The notes: a model not told the origin generated them from the letters alone. A stretch of 64,000 nucleotides of DNA from Alphaproteobacteria bacterium (GCA_017464685.1 JAFTYO010000022.1:2836-66835), one strand, 5' to 3'; counted from the first letter of the stretch, positions 1 through 9,624 are shown. Translations and numbers: made by a program.

Positions 1-178
1 CTGCAATTTTATAAGTTTTGGCATTTTTTCTTGAAAGAGCATTAATCGCCACCATTTCTGAAATAATATTAACTTTGTCTTTGCATTTTCCATACACTAT
101 GTTACGCATGGGAGCATCGGTAATTCCTGCCATAGGTGCTAAAAAAACATTACTCTTAAAATGTAAAAACGATGTCAT
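1..178 (-). CDS. dus: tRNA-dihydrouridine synthase, N-terminal part (gene runs off the window start)
   Basis: Minus-strand translation from the ATG at 178 gives MTSFLHFKSNVFLAPMAGITDAPMRNIVYGK..., containing the Dus family LAPMAGITD motif. The + strand ORF 18..329 is its antisense shadow. Confidence 0.6.
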   Translation of the reverse strand, partial: MTSFLHFKSNVFLAPMAGITDAPMRNIVYGKCKDKVNIISEMVAINALSRKNAKTYKIA

Positions 179-180
179 TT

Positions 181-2259
181 TTATTTTAACCTATCTATTG
201 CTCTGGCAACAACATAATAGATTTTACCTATATCCGAACCCGAAATCATCGATAAGACAACTTCAGAACGTTCAGCATTTTGTGCTGCCGTTATTAAAGT
301 TTCAAAATCTGAAATGTATTTATCCGTAAGCGCCCTAAAATCAGTATTTTTTTCATATTCATCTCTAATTTTTATAATCTGCTTACGGTTGAGTTTCTTT
401 ACAATATTGCGAGCAAAAACAGCATGATCCCCACTATAAAACCTTTTCCATAAATCATCCTCTTCATCTGCATTGAAAAACTTATTTATATCAACACTTA
501 AATTTTCAAGCCTTGTAATAAGCTCTGACGTCTCATTCATAAAATTAGACATACTGAATGCTCCGTATTGTTGTTTTAGCTCAGCCAAATGTCTTTCTGA
601 ACGAATTTTATGATTATCCAACTCACTAATTTGTTCATTTATGGCCGTTTCAAAACCTTTAATTTGTTCACGATACTGCTCAAATGAATTTCCGGCATTG
701 TTTGATGTTAAAATAATACCTTGTTCAATTTCTCTGATTTTATTTTTTATTTCATCAAACTTATCAAGTGCTTCGACAATGCTTTTATGTTGTTGTTCCA
801 AAGATTTTGAGCCCTCCCTACCCTTATTTACAATAACATTTGCACTTTCGGAAAGCTGTAATGTATTTTTTTGTACAACAGCACTAACTTCATTAAACTT
901 GTCAATAGCCTCGACCGCCCGTATCTTTAAATCATCGACTTTAAGCCCCAAATCCATACTTAAATCACCGATTTTAGCCGTAATTTTTTCAGCCGCAGTT
1001 TTAATTTCATCGTTTTTGTTTTCGGTTTTTGTAATAAAGCCGTTAAGCTTTAACAATTCGCTTTCAAGTTTGGCGACAATATGTTCAATATTTTTACTTA
1101 CGGCAAGAGATTTTTGCTCTAAAGAAAAATTAACCCCATCTAAAATGCTACTTATTTTTTCTCCGGCCGTACTTAAAGATTGCAATTGCTTATCAATGTT
1201 TATATCCAATGTTGACGAGCGCTCAACCATAGCTTCAACTTCCATACTGATAAGTTTACCATATTCACCGAGCTTGTTATCAAGATAAGTTGAATTTTTA
1301 TCCAAAAGATCCGATTGTGTTTGCGCCAACTGTTTGTGTGTTTTTAAACTGTTTTCAACATGCGAAATTCCACTATCAAGTCGTTTATAAATTTCTTCGC
1401 AATTATCAGCGGTTTGCAAGAATGTTTTTTCAAGCCTTGAAGTTTTTTCATCAAACGATGACATCATTTTTTGTAAATAATCTTGATTTGAAGTAGCAAA
1501 ATTTTGTATATTTACAGAATGACTTTCCACAAACATTTTACTATCATCAATTATGCTTTTAAGATGATCAGCCGTCGAAATTGTCTCGTTTATAAGAGGG
1601 TTAAGCTCATTGCTTAACATTATCGCCTTATTCTTAAGTTCGTCTGCTTGCATTGAAAAATTTTCAGCAATTTTTGAAGCTGTTTTATATTCTTCAAGCA
1701 TATTTTTCATATTATCATTTAACTTTGATATGTTTTGTGAAAAGCATTGTTCTATAGATACACTGATATCCTCAAAATCTCGCGCCTTGGTTGCCAATTC
1801 TTTTTTCAATATATCATTTTGTTGACTAATATGCGATACTGCAGTATTAAGCTCTTTAATTTGTTTTTGTAAAGCTTGATTAATAAGCTTTGATAAAGCA
1901 TCTTCATTATCAGTATAAATTATTTTATCCAACTTTTCATCCAATGCTGCAGATTGAGAGGAAAAAACATATGCTCTATACACAAAAGCAACCAACAACA
2001 AAATAAGCATCAACGGAACAATTGTCACCACCAAAAATTTTACAAATTCATCAGGCAATAAAACAGACAAATTGTCCCATCCAAAAACACAAGACAGATA
2101 TAGCCCTATAAAGAAACACCATGTAACCGAAACAAAAATAAAAATTTTTTTCAAAAATGAAACTTTTGAAAAAGCAGTCATCTTTTCAGGTATAATACTC
2201 TCTACCGGTAAATCCTTTAAAAAATCCGGAATTTTTTTAGTTTCTTGATCTTGGTCCAT
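181..2259 (-). CDS. hypothetical membrane-anchored coiled-coil protein (692 aa)
   Basis: Two N-terminal hydrophobic segments are followed by ~550 aa of heptad-rich sequence rich in E, K, L and Q. Its stop at 181 abuts the dus start at 178. Confidence 0.5.
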   Translation of the reverse strand: MDQDQETKKIPDFLKDLPVESIIPEKMTAFSKVSFLKKIFIFVSVTWCFFIGLYLSCVFGWDNLSVLLPDEFVKFLVVTIVPLMLILLLVAFVYRAYVFSSQSAALDEKLDKIIYTDNEDALSKLINQALQKQIKELNTAVSHISQQNDILKKELATKARDFEDISVSIEQCFSQNISKLNDNMKNMLEEYKTASKIAENFSMQADELKNKAIMLSNELNPLINETISTADHLKSIIDDSKMFVESHSVNIQNFATSNQDYLQKMMSSFDEKTSRLEKTFLQTADNCEEIYKRLDSGISHVENSLKTHKQLAQTQSDLLDKNSTYLDNKLGEYGKLISMEVEAMVERSSTLDINIDKQLQSLSTAGEKISSILDGVNFSLEQKSLAVSKNIEHIVAKLESELLKLNGFITKTENKNDEIKTAAEKITAKIGDLSMDLGLKVDDLKIRAVEAIDKFNEVSAVVQKNTLQLSESANVIVNKGREGSKSLEQQHKSIVEALDKFDEIKNKIREIEQGIILTSNNAGNSFEQYREQIKGFETAINEQISELDNHKIRSERHLAELKQQYGAFSMSNFMNETSELITRLENLSVDINKFFNADEEDDLWKRFYSGDHAVFARNIVKKLNRKQIIKIRDEYEKNTDFRALTDKYISDFETLITAAQNAERSEVVLSMISGSDIGKIYYVVARAIDRLK

Positions 2260-2469
2260 AATAAAAACACCTTACAAAAACATTTCAATCGACGATATTA
2301 TAATTTTTTTTACACAAATTTTAAACATTCAATAAGACTATCCACAGCCTTTATAAACAAAGATAAGTAAAAAAATTAAGAAAAATAAAAAAATATGTTG
2401 CTTTTTAAAAAAGCATTGTGTATGTTGCTCTTGAATTTGGTATATACGGAAACCTAAATTGATTATTTT

Positions 2470-2544
2470 GCCGTTGTAGCTCAGTGGTAGAGCACGTCAT
2501 TGGTAATGACGGGGTCGTAAGTCCGATTCTTATCAGCGGCACCA
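2470..2544 (+). tRNA. tRNA-Thr (anticodon GGT)
   Basis: Cloverleaf read by hand: acceptor GCCGTTG/CAGCGGC, D-arm GCTC..GAGC, anticodon stem CGTCA/TGACG with loop TTGGTAA (GGT), T-arm, then discriminator A and CCA. Confidence 0.85.
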
Positions 2545-2580
2545 GTTTTTTATTAAGCCCTTATTTCAAGGGCTTTTTTT
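2527..2580 (+). repeat. attL: left copy of a 54-bp direct repeat (tRNA-Thr 3' end plus terminator)
   Basis: ATTCTTATCAGCGGCACCAGTTTTTTATTAAGCCCTTATT[T/G]CAAGGGCTTTTTT recurs at 7957..8010 with one mismatch. Confidence 0.75.
2555..2580 (+). terminator. rho-independent terminator after tRNA-Thr
   Basis: Hairpin AAGCCCTT-ATTTC-AAGGGCTT followed by a T-run. It lies inside the att repeat. Confidence 0.6.
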
Positions 2581-2778
2581 ATGCCTTATTTTCTGCCCAT
2601 TTTAACCAACACGAAAGACCTACACGTCACTGAAGACGTCAAACCCGTCAAAATCACCTCGTTTATTTGGATAAACCAACAATTCTTCCCGAACGGATTT
2701 GCAAGACATTTAAGACATTTGCCCGATTGCATTTCTACGATATTACCGAACTTTAAGACATTTGCCCATTTTTTGCCA

Positions 2779-3201
2779 TTATAGATACTTTAGCAACCTT
2801 TTTGTTATCAAACCTTGTCCCTCTTCATAAAGATTATCGAGGTGTTTTAGTTTATTTAGTCCGTCGTTTATCTGGGATATACCGGTTATTAAATGATGAA
2901 TTGCATCAAGTGACGGGTGTCTTTGTTCTGATAATATCATTCCAAAATAATATTTGTTCTTGCCTAGAAACTGCTCACTAAACTCATATTGTGTCTTAAT
3001 GTATCCTAGTTTCTTTAAGTATTTGAAGCACTTTACCAGAAATTTAGCATCCAATTTTTGCTGATTATATTGAGGATTGTCCATTTCCTCATTAACTTCT
3101 TGGTCTAATGGTTTTGTTGGTGTGATAACAGGAGTTTCTTTGGCAAAATATTGTTTTAATTCATTTATGTCTTTGTTTAATTGATTCATATCTATAATCA
3201 T
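2779..3201 (-). CDS. hypothetical protein (140 aa), island cargo
   Basis: An ORF between the tRNA and the integrase with no recognisable motif. Confidence 0.3.
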   Translation of the reverse strand: MIIDMNQLNKDINELKQYFAKETPVITPTKPLDQEVNEEMDNPQYNQQKLDAKFLVKCFKYLKKLGYIKTQYEFSEQFLGKNKYYFGMILSEQRHPSLDAIHHLITGISQINDGLNKLKHLDNLYEEGQGLITKRLLKYL

Positions 3202-3309
3202 TTTGTTTCCTCATATTTTATAAGTGTATTTATTGGAGCAATGATTAAAAACCGGAATGAATATAAAAAAACTCTGCCATTTAGCAGAGTTTGGATAGTT
3301 TCAAGGCTT

Positions 3310-4827
3310 TTATTTGAAATAATAACTTTCTCTGACCAATTTCTTTAATTCTTTTAGTTCTTTGCTTAATGGGTAGGAAATCTTGGATAATTCTTGGTAA
3401 ACAACCTTTATATCTTTTGTTTTTCCATAAAGTCTTTGACCTGTTCCTTTATCTGCCCAACCTGCTATGGCATTTTGATATTCTGCAGGCATTTTTACTT
3501 CAATAGCCTTGGTTTCAAAAGTATATCTGAATGAATGGAAAACTTTATCAGCTCCGGTTATACCCAATTTATCCAAATATCTGGCAAACCAACCTTGAAC
3601 TGCTCTACTATATTTTCCTCTTGCTGATTGTGATAATTCACTAAACAATTTTTTTTGCTTACTTTTCCTTTGAAAATCCACAAAATTTAAAAAACCAAGT
3701 TCTATAATCTGAGGGTGAATAGGTATAATTCGTTCAGAAGGCTTATTTTTTACAGACTTGTCTTTATCATCAGAATTAATAGATATACAAGGAATGCCTT
3801 TATTACTAACAATATCTTTTGTATTTAATTGGCAGATTTCATTTAATCTGCAACCGTGGTATAAAGCAATCAACGGAACCCAAAACTTAGCTTGATTACT
3901 CCTTAATTTAGGATTTATATATGTTTCAGGATTAAAAATCTTATGCAATTCCTTGCTTTCAAAAGGATTTCGTTGCTCATCTTCACAATTAATCGGAACA
4001 TCTACAAATTCATTTAGGTTTTGAGCAATAATTCCTTCCCTAACAGCATATTTCATAAAATTAATAAATGTATGCAAATATCCTTTAATTGTTCTTTTAG
4101 CCAACACTTTTGTAGGGGCATTTGTAAAAATTTCAGATATCTTTTTGCCTTCATCTAGAACACTGTTCCATTGTTTGGGAACTTGGTAAATCTTCTCGCT
4201 TAGTTTACGACAATCCTGCTTTGTTACTTCTTCTATATATGTCTTTCCCATAACAGCAAAGGCAAGTTTAATCCCTAAATACATTGTACGAACTCGTTCT
4301 TCCGGAACTCCTTTAAGGTTTTGTTTGTTCAAGGCATACTTTTTGAAGAACTTTTCCCAATGTGTTTTAGACATTGATTTGGTTAATCTTTCAGTTGTTT
4401 TAAGCTCATCATAGCTTCTCAAAAGTGTTTTAACCTTAGGATTACTTGGATTATATGGCTTATCTTGTTTAATTGCTTTGATACTATTTTGAGCATATCT
4501 TTCTAATGCTGAAATATGTGTTCCAAAACTCTTAAACCATTCATAACCATCTTTGGTTTTATCTTCTAAACCAAGCTCAATCTCTTTTTCTTTTAGTTTT
4601 GAATAAGTTGTTCTTAAAGTTACATTGGCTTGCGAACTATCAACCAAGCTTTTGAGATAATCAATAATCATCTCAACCATTAGCTCTTTTCTTTTATCAT
4701 CAGGAAGTTTGATATTATTAAAATTCTTTTTTCCCTCAACAATATCTTCAGCACTTTCTTCTATAAAATATTGGATTTGACTTAATCTTGCGAGCAGAAC
4801 TTTAAAGAAATACAACAAAGAATACAA
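3310..4827 (-). CDS. int: tyrosine-type site-specific integrase (505 aa)
   Basis: The C-terminal catalytic domain carries the conserved Arg box (LYHGCRLNE) and the H-x-x-R box (HSFRYTF), with a tyrosine-bearing tail. It lies immediately adjacent to attL and the tRNA. Confidence 0.8.
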   Translation of the reverse strand: MYSLLYFFKVLLARLSQIQYFIEESAEDIVEGKKNFNNIKLPDDKRKELMVEMIIDYLKSLVDSSQANVTLRTTYSKLKEKEIELGLEDKTKDGYEWFKSFGTHISALERYAQNSIKAIKQDKPYNPSNPKVKTLLRSYDELKTTERLTKSMSKTHWEKFFKKYALNKQNLKGVPEERVRTMYLGIKLAFAVMGKTYIEEVTKQDCRKLSEKIYQVPKQWNSVLDEGKKISEIFTNAPTKVLAKRTIKGYLHTFINFMKYAVREGIIAQNLNEFVDVPINCEDEQRNPFESKELHKIFNPETYINPKLRSNQAKFWVPLIALYHGCRLNEICQLNTKDIVSNKGIPCISINSDDKDKSVKNKPSERIIPIHPQIIELGFLNFVDFQRKSKQKKLFSELSQSARGKYSRAVQGWFARYLDKLGITGADKVFHSFRYTFETKAIEVKMPAEYQNAIAGWADKGTGQRLYGKTKDIKVVYQELSKISYPLSKELKELKKLVRESYYFK

Positions 4828-4866
4828 TATGCTCTATATTATATCAGAAAAAATAAAAACTGGAAT

Positions 4867-5742
4867 TTGTGGTTTAATATAAGAATTGCTCCCGATAATA
4901 ATATAAACAACACAACAACTGGTGAACAATGTGTTAACACGCTATTTGGTGTTATGTGTGATACATTAGATGAGCCTAAAAAAGATGTGGGATTAAATGT
5001 AATGCTCGGTGGTAATTATGAATTTAAACTATCAGATAAATGGCGACTAAAGAATGAGTTTATGGTTTATAATTCAAAATATGATGATAAAAAATACGAT
5101 GACACATATCTATATTATACCATAGGTGCAAGATACATTTATAAAAAAGGAGATATTTTCTTCGGACCCACTTTTTCAAAGAGATATCTTGCCCACAAAT
5201 CTTATAACTATTCAACCGGTTTTATGTTTGAAAAAAATTATGATGTAACAAAAAAGCTAAACGCAAACCTAACCTTAAACTATACGCCAACATATTATGA
5301 TGACTATTCGGATATTTTGGACGGCGATGTAAAAAGCGCCAGATTGCGCTTATTTTATGCATTAGATGCTTCAAAATATTTCATATTTAAGACAGGTTAC
5401 GAATATGAAAAAACCAAAGATGAAACATATACAAACGATAGGATAAATCTTGCTCTCGGTTTTGGTGCAGAATTGCCATACGGTTTTCATATATATGCCG
5501 AACCTTCAGTTATATTTACAAACTACAAAGGAAAACGTTGGACAGTTAAAGATTATAATTTTGAAGAGATTAAAGAAAAAGATACAACCCAACGATACTC
5601 TATATCTCTTTCTAACCGAAAAATATCATTTATGGGATTTGTTCCGACTTTAACATATTCTTACACTGATAAGAGTTCAAATATATGGCAAAGAGAATAT
5701 GAAAAATCTTTAATTGAGTTTACAATACAGAAAAGATTTTAA
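4867..5742 (+). CDS. outer-membrane beta-barrel protein fragment (291 aa, no signal peptide)
   Basis: Aromatic-rich sequence with alternating hydrophobicity that ends in a C-terminal Phe (TIQKRF). There is no N-terminal signal peptide, so it looks truncated. Confidence 0.4.
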   Translation: MWFNIRIAPDNNINNTTTGEQCVNTLFGVMCDTLDEPKKDVGLNVMLGGNYEFKLSDKWRLKNEFMVYNSKYDDKKYDDTYLYYTIGARYIYKKGDIFFGPTFSKRYLAHKSYNYSTGFMFEKNYDVTKKLNANLTLNYTPTYYDDYSDILDGDVKSARLRLFYALDASKYFIFKTGYEYEKTKDETYTNDRINLALGFGAELPYGFHIYAEPSVIFTNYKGKRWTVKDYNFEEIKEKDTTQRYSISLSNRKISFMGFVPTLTYSYTDKSSNIWQREYEKSLIEFTIQKRF

Positions 5743-5755
5743 TAAACATTCCACT

Positions 5756-5831
5756 TTTTAATCAAAATCATATTTTTTTAGATAAATAAAAATATGAGTA
5801 TAAGAAATGTATTAAATAATTTAGATTTAGT
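5756..5831 (+). repeat. 76-bp direct repeat, copy 1 (copy 2 at 7220..7295)
   Basis: The two copies are identical: TTTTAATCAAAATCATATTTTTTTAGATAAATAAAAATATGAGTATAAGAAATGTATTAAATAATTTAGATTTAGT. The repeat includes the start codon and first 13 codons of an ORF. Confidence 0.8.
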
Positions 5832-5897
5832 AGAAATATAATATATCCATCTATGAAAGGTAAAAACTTTATATTTTTATGTAGTTTTTCTTCCATA

Positions 5898-5933
5898 AAA
5901 GAAAAACTGTTGACTTTTTGTATCTTTTTCATA
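5898..5933 (+). promoter_or_regulatory. sigma70-like promoter upstream of the ATPase gene
   Basis: TTGACT, then an 18-nt spacer, then TATAAT, about 40 nt upstream of the 5971 start. Confidence 0.45.
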
Positions 5934-5970
5934 TATAATATAGTAAATTAAATAATTTTGGAGTTTTGAT

Positions 5971-7200
5971 ATGGAAAAGAAAAATCGTCCCAATTATATA
6001 CAGAAGTTGTTAGAATTCAAAGATAAGGAAGCAATAAAAGTTATAACAGGTATTCGTCGTTCCGGTAAATCCAGTATTTTAGAAGTGTACAGAAAACATT
6101 TGTTAGAGATTGGTGTATCTAATGATAACATATTTTATATGACTTTTGAATCATTAGTCAATAGGGATAAAACATATCGTCAGATTTATGACGAGATAAT
6201 TTCTTTTTCTAAAAAAACAATAGGAAAAGTATATATTTTTCTAGATGAAATTCAACAAATAAAGCAATGGGAACTTGCTGTAAACTCTTTACGGGTTGAT
6301 ATAGATTGTGATATTTATGTTACAGGTTCAAATGCATATTTACTTTCATCACAATTATCAACATACTTATCAGGAAGATATGTTGAAATAAAAGTGCTCC
6401 CATTATCATTTAAGGAATTTTTAGAATTTAATGAATTTGATGCCTCTAAAAGTTTAGAAGAAAAATTTTCAATGTATATCAAATATGGAGGTATGCCAAT
6501 ATTAACTGAATATGATTTTGATAATGAAAATGCTATATTTAGTGTATTAGAAGGTATTTTTACAACAGTTGTAATGGAAGATGTTATAAAACAGGCCTCT
6601 GTAAGAGAACCTGTTGTTTTGGATAAAATAATCAATTTCTTATCTGATAATATTGGAAATCCAGTTTCAACAAGTAAAATTAAAAATGTTTTAGCATCAG
6701 AACAAGAAAATATAGAAAAAAAGAACATTACTGCATCAACTGTAGATAATTATATCAATTTACTTGAAAATGCTTTTGTTTTTTATCCGATAAAAAGATA
6801 CGACATAAAAGGAAAAGAATATCTAAAAACACAAGAAAAATATTATATCGTTGATACAGGTTTAAGAAACCAAAGATTGGGATATAGAAACATAGATAGA
6901 GGATTTGTTCTAGAAAATATTGTATATTTTGAATTATTAAGACGAGGATATAAAGTATCTATCGGAAAAATAGGCGATAAAGAAATTGATTTTATTGCGA
7001 CAAAAACTAATGAAAAATTATATATTCAAGTAACAGAAACATTAGCAGGAGAAACAACCAGAGAAAGAGAATTAACTCCATTAAGAATGGTAAAAGACCA
7101 TTTTGAGAAGATTGTCTTAACCTCTGATGTTCTTTTTACCGGAACTTCAGAAGATGGAATAAAAATAATCAATTTGGCAAATTGGTTATTGGAAGAATAA
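5971..7200 (+). CDS. AAA+ ATPase of the DUF4143 family (409 aa)
   Basis: Walker A (GIRRSGKS), Walker B-like (IFLDEIQ) and the C-terminal region typical of the COG1373/DUF4143 ATPase family. Confidence 0.75.
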   Translation: MEKKNRPNYIQKLLEFKDKEAIKVITGIRRSGKSSILEVYRKHLLEIGVSNDNIFYMTFESLVNRDKTYRQIYDEIISFSKKTIGKVYIFLDEIQQIKQWELAVNSLRVDIDCDIYVTGSNAYLLSSQLSTYLSGRYVEIKVLPLSFKEFLEFNEFDASKSLEEKFSMYIKYGGMPILTEYDFDNENAIFSVLEGIFTTVVMEDVIKQASVREPVVLDKIINFLSDNIGNPVSTSKIKNVLASEQENIEKKNITASTVDNYINLLENAFVFYPIKRYDIKGKEYLKTQEKYYIVDTGLRNQRLGYRNIDRGFVLENIVYFELLRRGYKVSIGKIGDKEIDFIATKTNEKLYIQVTETLAGETTRERELTPLRMVKDHFEKIVLTSDVLFTGTSEDGIKIINLANWLLEE

Positions 7201-7219
7201 AAATCTAAAACATTCCGTA

Positions 7220-7295
7220 TTTTAATCAAAATCATATTTTTTTAGATAAATAAAAATATGAGTATAAGAAATGTATTAAATAATTTAGATTTAGT
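7220..7295 (+). repeat. 76-bp direct repeat, copy 2
   Basis: Identical to 5756..5831. Together the two copies bracket the ATPase cassette. Confidence 0.8.
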
Positions 7296-7575
7296 GATAT
7301 CAAAGAAAGGTCAGATATTAAGAAGGCCTGATATTGGAACTATTGTAATAAAAGATAGTGGAATTTGCACACATAATCATATTCCATTTACTTTAGAGAA
7401 CTTGGTTAGGCTTTGGACTGAGAACACTCACCCAAAAATTAAACACAATGGACACACCATATACATCTATAAAATCAAAATGATTGATTACAAATTTAAC
7501 ATTGTTGCTTTTGGCTGGGATGAAACTCTTCAAAAACCAGTTAAATTAAGCGGATTTGAATATTACCGGTCATAA
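7258..7575 (+). CDS. hypothetical protein (105 aa) whose 5' end is duplicated in repeat copy 1
   Basis: The start MSIRNVLNNLDLV... is shared with the truncated 15-codon ORF inside repeat copy 1. Confidence 0.3.
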   Translation: MSIRNVLNNLDLVISKKGQILRRPDIGTIVIKDSGICTHNHIPFTLENLVRLWTENTHPKIKHNGHTIYIYKIKMIDYKFNIVAFGWDETLQKPVKLSGFEYYRS

Positions 7576-7956
7576 AAGACAGATATGTATAAACATCAAT
7601 TCTTTCGGAAGTCGCTTAAATACTAAACTTGCGAGGTTTCTATGGTTAGGTCTGACGTGTAGACGAGCTCAAAAAAATCGCTTAAAAATAAATGAAAAAA
7701 ATCATTGTTTTTCAATTATTTCAATAAGTTAATCCCCATTTTCTTACTAGCGGCACCATTTCAAAAAAGCCTCCCTTGTGGAGGCTTTTTTGAAATGGTA
7801 TTGAAGATGGTCAGAAGCGGACTTACGAAGTAATGTCCGGAGCGGATAGTTGGTGAAAACGAGTGCAAAACTTTAGCGAATAGCTTAGTTTTGTGCAAAG
7901 TTTGAACCTTACGACGCGAAAGGGGCCTGTTGGCTAAATAGCCAATGGGAATTTAC

Positions 7957-8010
7957 ATTCTTATCAGCGGCACCAGTTTTTTATTAAGCCCTTATTGCAA
8001 GGGCTTTTTT
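7957..8010 (+). repeat. attR: right copy of the 54-bp direct repeat
   Basis: Near-identical to 2527..2580. It duplicates the last 18 nt of tRNA-Thr and its terminator. Confidence 0.75.
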
Positions 8011-8442
8011 GTTTTTGCTGGGTTAAATAATCAAAATTCCGATTGTTTGTTTTTTCAAGACGTTAACTCCAAAATTATCAGTTTTTTATGTTTTAAAAAC
8101 GAAAATAAATTGCTTAAAATTACCAATATTTCCAATAATCCTGCCCAATTTTTGACACTTACCTGATAAGCCAAATAAGTAAAACAATTTAATCCGCCGA
8201 CAACGCGCATTTGTTGCGGAGGTAACCACCAAATACAAAATAAAGTTATTGATACAGTTGTTACAACCAAAACAGAAGAAATACCAACATAGGCATAAGA
8301 TAATGAGATACAAAATTTGTCAATATTATTTTAATTCAACCAAGAAACAAAAAAAATGCCAAGTGTATTATTTTGTTTTTATATTGAACAATTATAGCCT
8401 TATGCAGTAAGATACACTTATTATTAAATACGGAGAGCAAAA

Positions 8443-9162
8443 ATGACACAAATTAAACAAGGTTTTATATTAGCTGCCGGCAGAGGTAAAAGAATGCAAC
8501 ATTTGACAGATGATAAACCAAAACCTCTTATTAAAGTAGGTGGAAAATGTTTGATAGATTATAATGTTGAGCATTTGATAAATGTCGGCATAAAAGATTG
8601 TGTGGTTAATTTGTGTTATAAAGGTGAAATGATTCGTAACCATTTGTTAAAAACCTATCCGCAGATGAATTTTATTTTTTCGTATGAAGATGAAGCTTTA
8701 GAAACCGGCGGCGGTATTCAAAACGCTTTGTCGTTGATGCGCAATGAGCCGTTTTTTGTGATTAATAGTGATGCTTTGTGGTTTGATGTAAGCGGTCAAC
8801 ATTTGTTACAAGAAATGAGACAAGTGTGGAATGAAAACAATCATGATATATTATTGATGATGCAACCTGTGGAACAAGCATCCGGTTGTCATGCAAATGG
8901 CGATTATTTATTAGATGAAAACAAATATCTGAAACGCCGTAAAGATAAATTTATCAATGCTCCATATTTGTATGGAGGTGTGCTGATATGCAACCCTAAC
9001 GTGTTTTTAAATGAAGAAAAAGGCTGTTATTCATTAATACGGATTTTTGATAAATTGGAACAAAATAACCGCTTAGGTTATTATATACATAAAGGGCAAT
9101 GGTTTCATGTGGGTGACCCTAAGGCAAAAGAAATTGCCGAAACACATTTTGCATTAGATTAA
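8443..9162 (+). CDS. sugar-1-phosphate nucleotidyltransferase, MurU-like (239 aa)
   Basis: N-terminal LAAGRGKRM...PKPL motif of the NTP-transferase fold. Size and layout match the MurNAc-1-P uridylyltransferase family. Confidence 0.6.
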   Translation: MTQIKQGFILAAGRGKRMQHLTDDKPKPLIKVGGKCLIDYNVEHLINVGIKDCVVNLCYKGEMIRNHLLKTYPQMNFIFSYEDEALETGGGIQNALSLMRNEPFFVINSDALWFDVSGQHLLQEMRQVWNENNHDILLMMQPVEQASGCHANGDYLLDENKYLKRRKDKFINAPYLYGGVLICNPNVFLNEEKGCYSLIRIFDKLEQNNRLGYYIHKGQWFHVGDPKAKEIAETHFALD

Positions 9163-9264
9163 AAATTTTATATAAAAAAATTGTTGACTTTTTAACTTAT
9201 TTGCGTTTTTGTATAATAGGTAATATTATTTACCCCGTATTTGCAATGTTTTTATAATTTTATA

Positions 9265-9624
9265 ATGAGTGTGACTATGACTATATATAAAAGAATATTC
9301 GTATTGTTGGTAACCATTTTGGTAACTGCCGTTATTAATACCACTAAAGCTGATATGTTAGACGTTGACTATATTTACCTTGCTGCCGGCAAGGGTGATA
9401 TAGATTATTTATCTCGTGTCGGTGAATATAACATTTCATTGGAAACGACCAATAAAGATGGTGATACACCTTTGTGTATTGCGGCAAGAAAGAAAAACGA
9501 AAAAGCATATAACACACTTATTAAAGCAGGAGCGAATCCAAATGCTCCTTGCACAAAAAACATTGCCGGTTATGGAGAATTTCAAGAAAAAACAATGGGT
9601 TCGATAGCATTCGGGGGGGGGTAG
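9265..9624 (+). CDS. signal-peptide plus ankyrin-repeat module (frame 1), the decoupled N-terminal part of the giant surface protein
   Basis: Predicted signal peptide (MTIYKRIFVLLVTILVTAVINTTKA), then an ANK repeat (DGDTPLCIAARKKNEKAYNTLIKAGANPN). The ORF ends ...FGGG* inside the poly-G run. Confidence 0.6.
   Translation: MSVTMTIYKRIFVLLVTILVTAVINTTKADMLDVDYIYLAAGKGDIDYLSRVGEYNISLETTNKDGDTPLCIAARKKNEKAYNTLIKAGANPNAPCTKNIAGYGEFQEKTMGSIAFGGG

Larger units (their letters stand above)
2527..8010 (+). mobile_element. integrated genomic island at tRNA-Thr, bounded by attL/attR (~5.5 kb)
   Basis: Direct repeats that include the tRNA 3' end flank the region. A tyrosine integrase gene sits next to the tRNA. 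The cargo is an AAA ATPase, an OMP fragment and small ORFs. Confidence 0.65.

Noticed and set aside
18-329. + strand ORF of 103 aa at the window start
   Set aside because: It overlaps the dus N-terminus and the stop region of the 692-aa gene on the opposite strand. A dus call explains the region better.
6315-6728. 137-aa minus-strand ORF inside the DUF4143 ATPase gene
   Set aside because: It is antisense to a gene with clear Walker motifs. The AT-rich sequence gives long spurious ORFs.
9181-9217. TTGACT...TATAAT promoter for the ankyrin/giant gene
   Set aside because: The spacing between the best hexamers is 22 nt, or 14 nt with alternatives, neither of which is canonical. It is left unannotated although a promoter must lie somewhere in 9163..9264.
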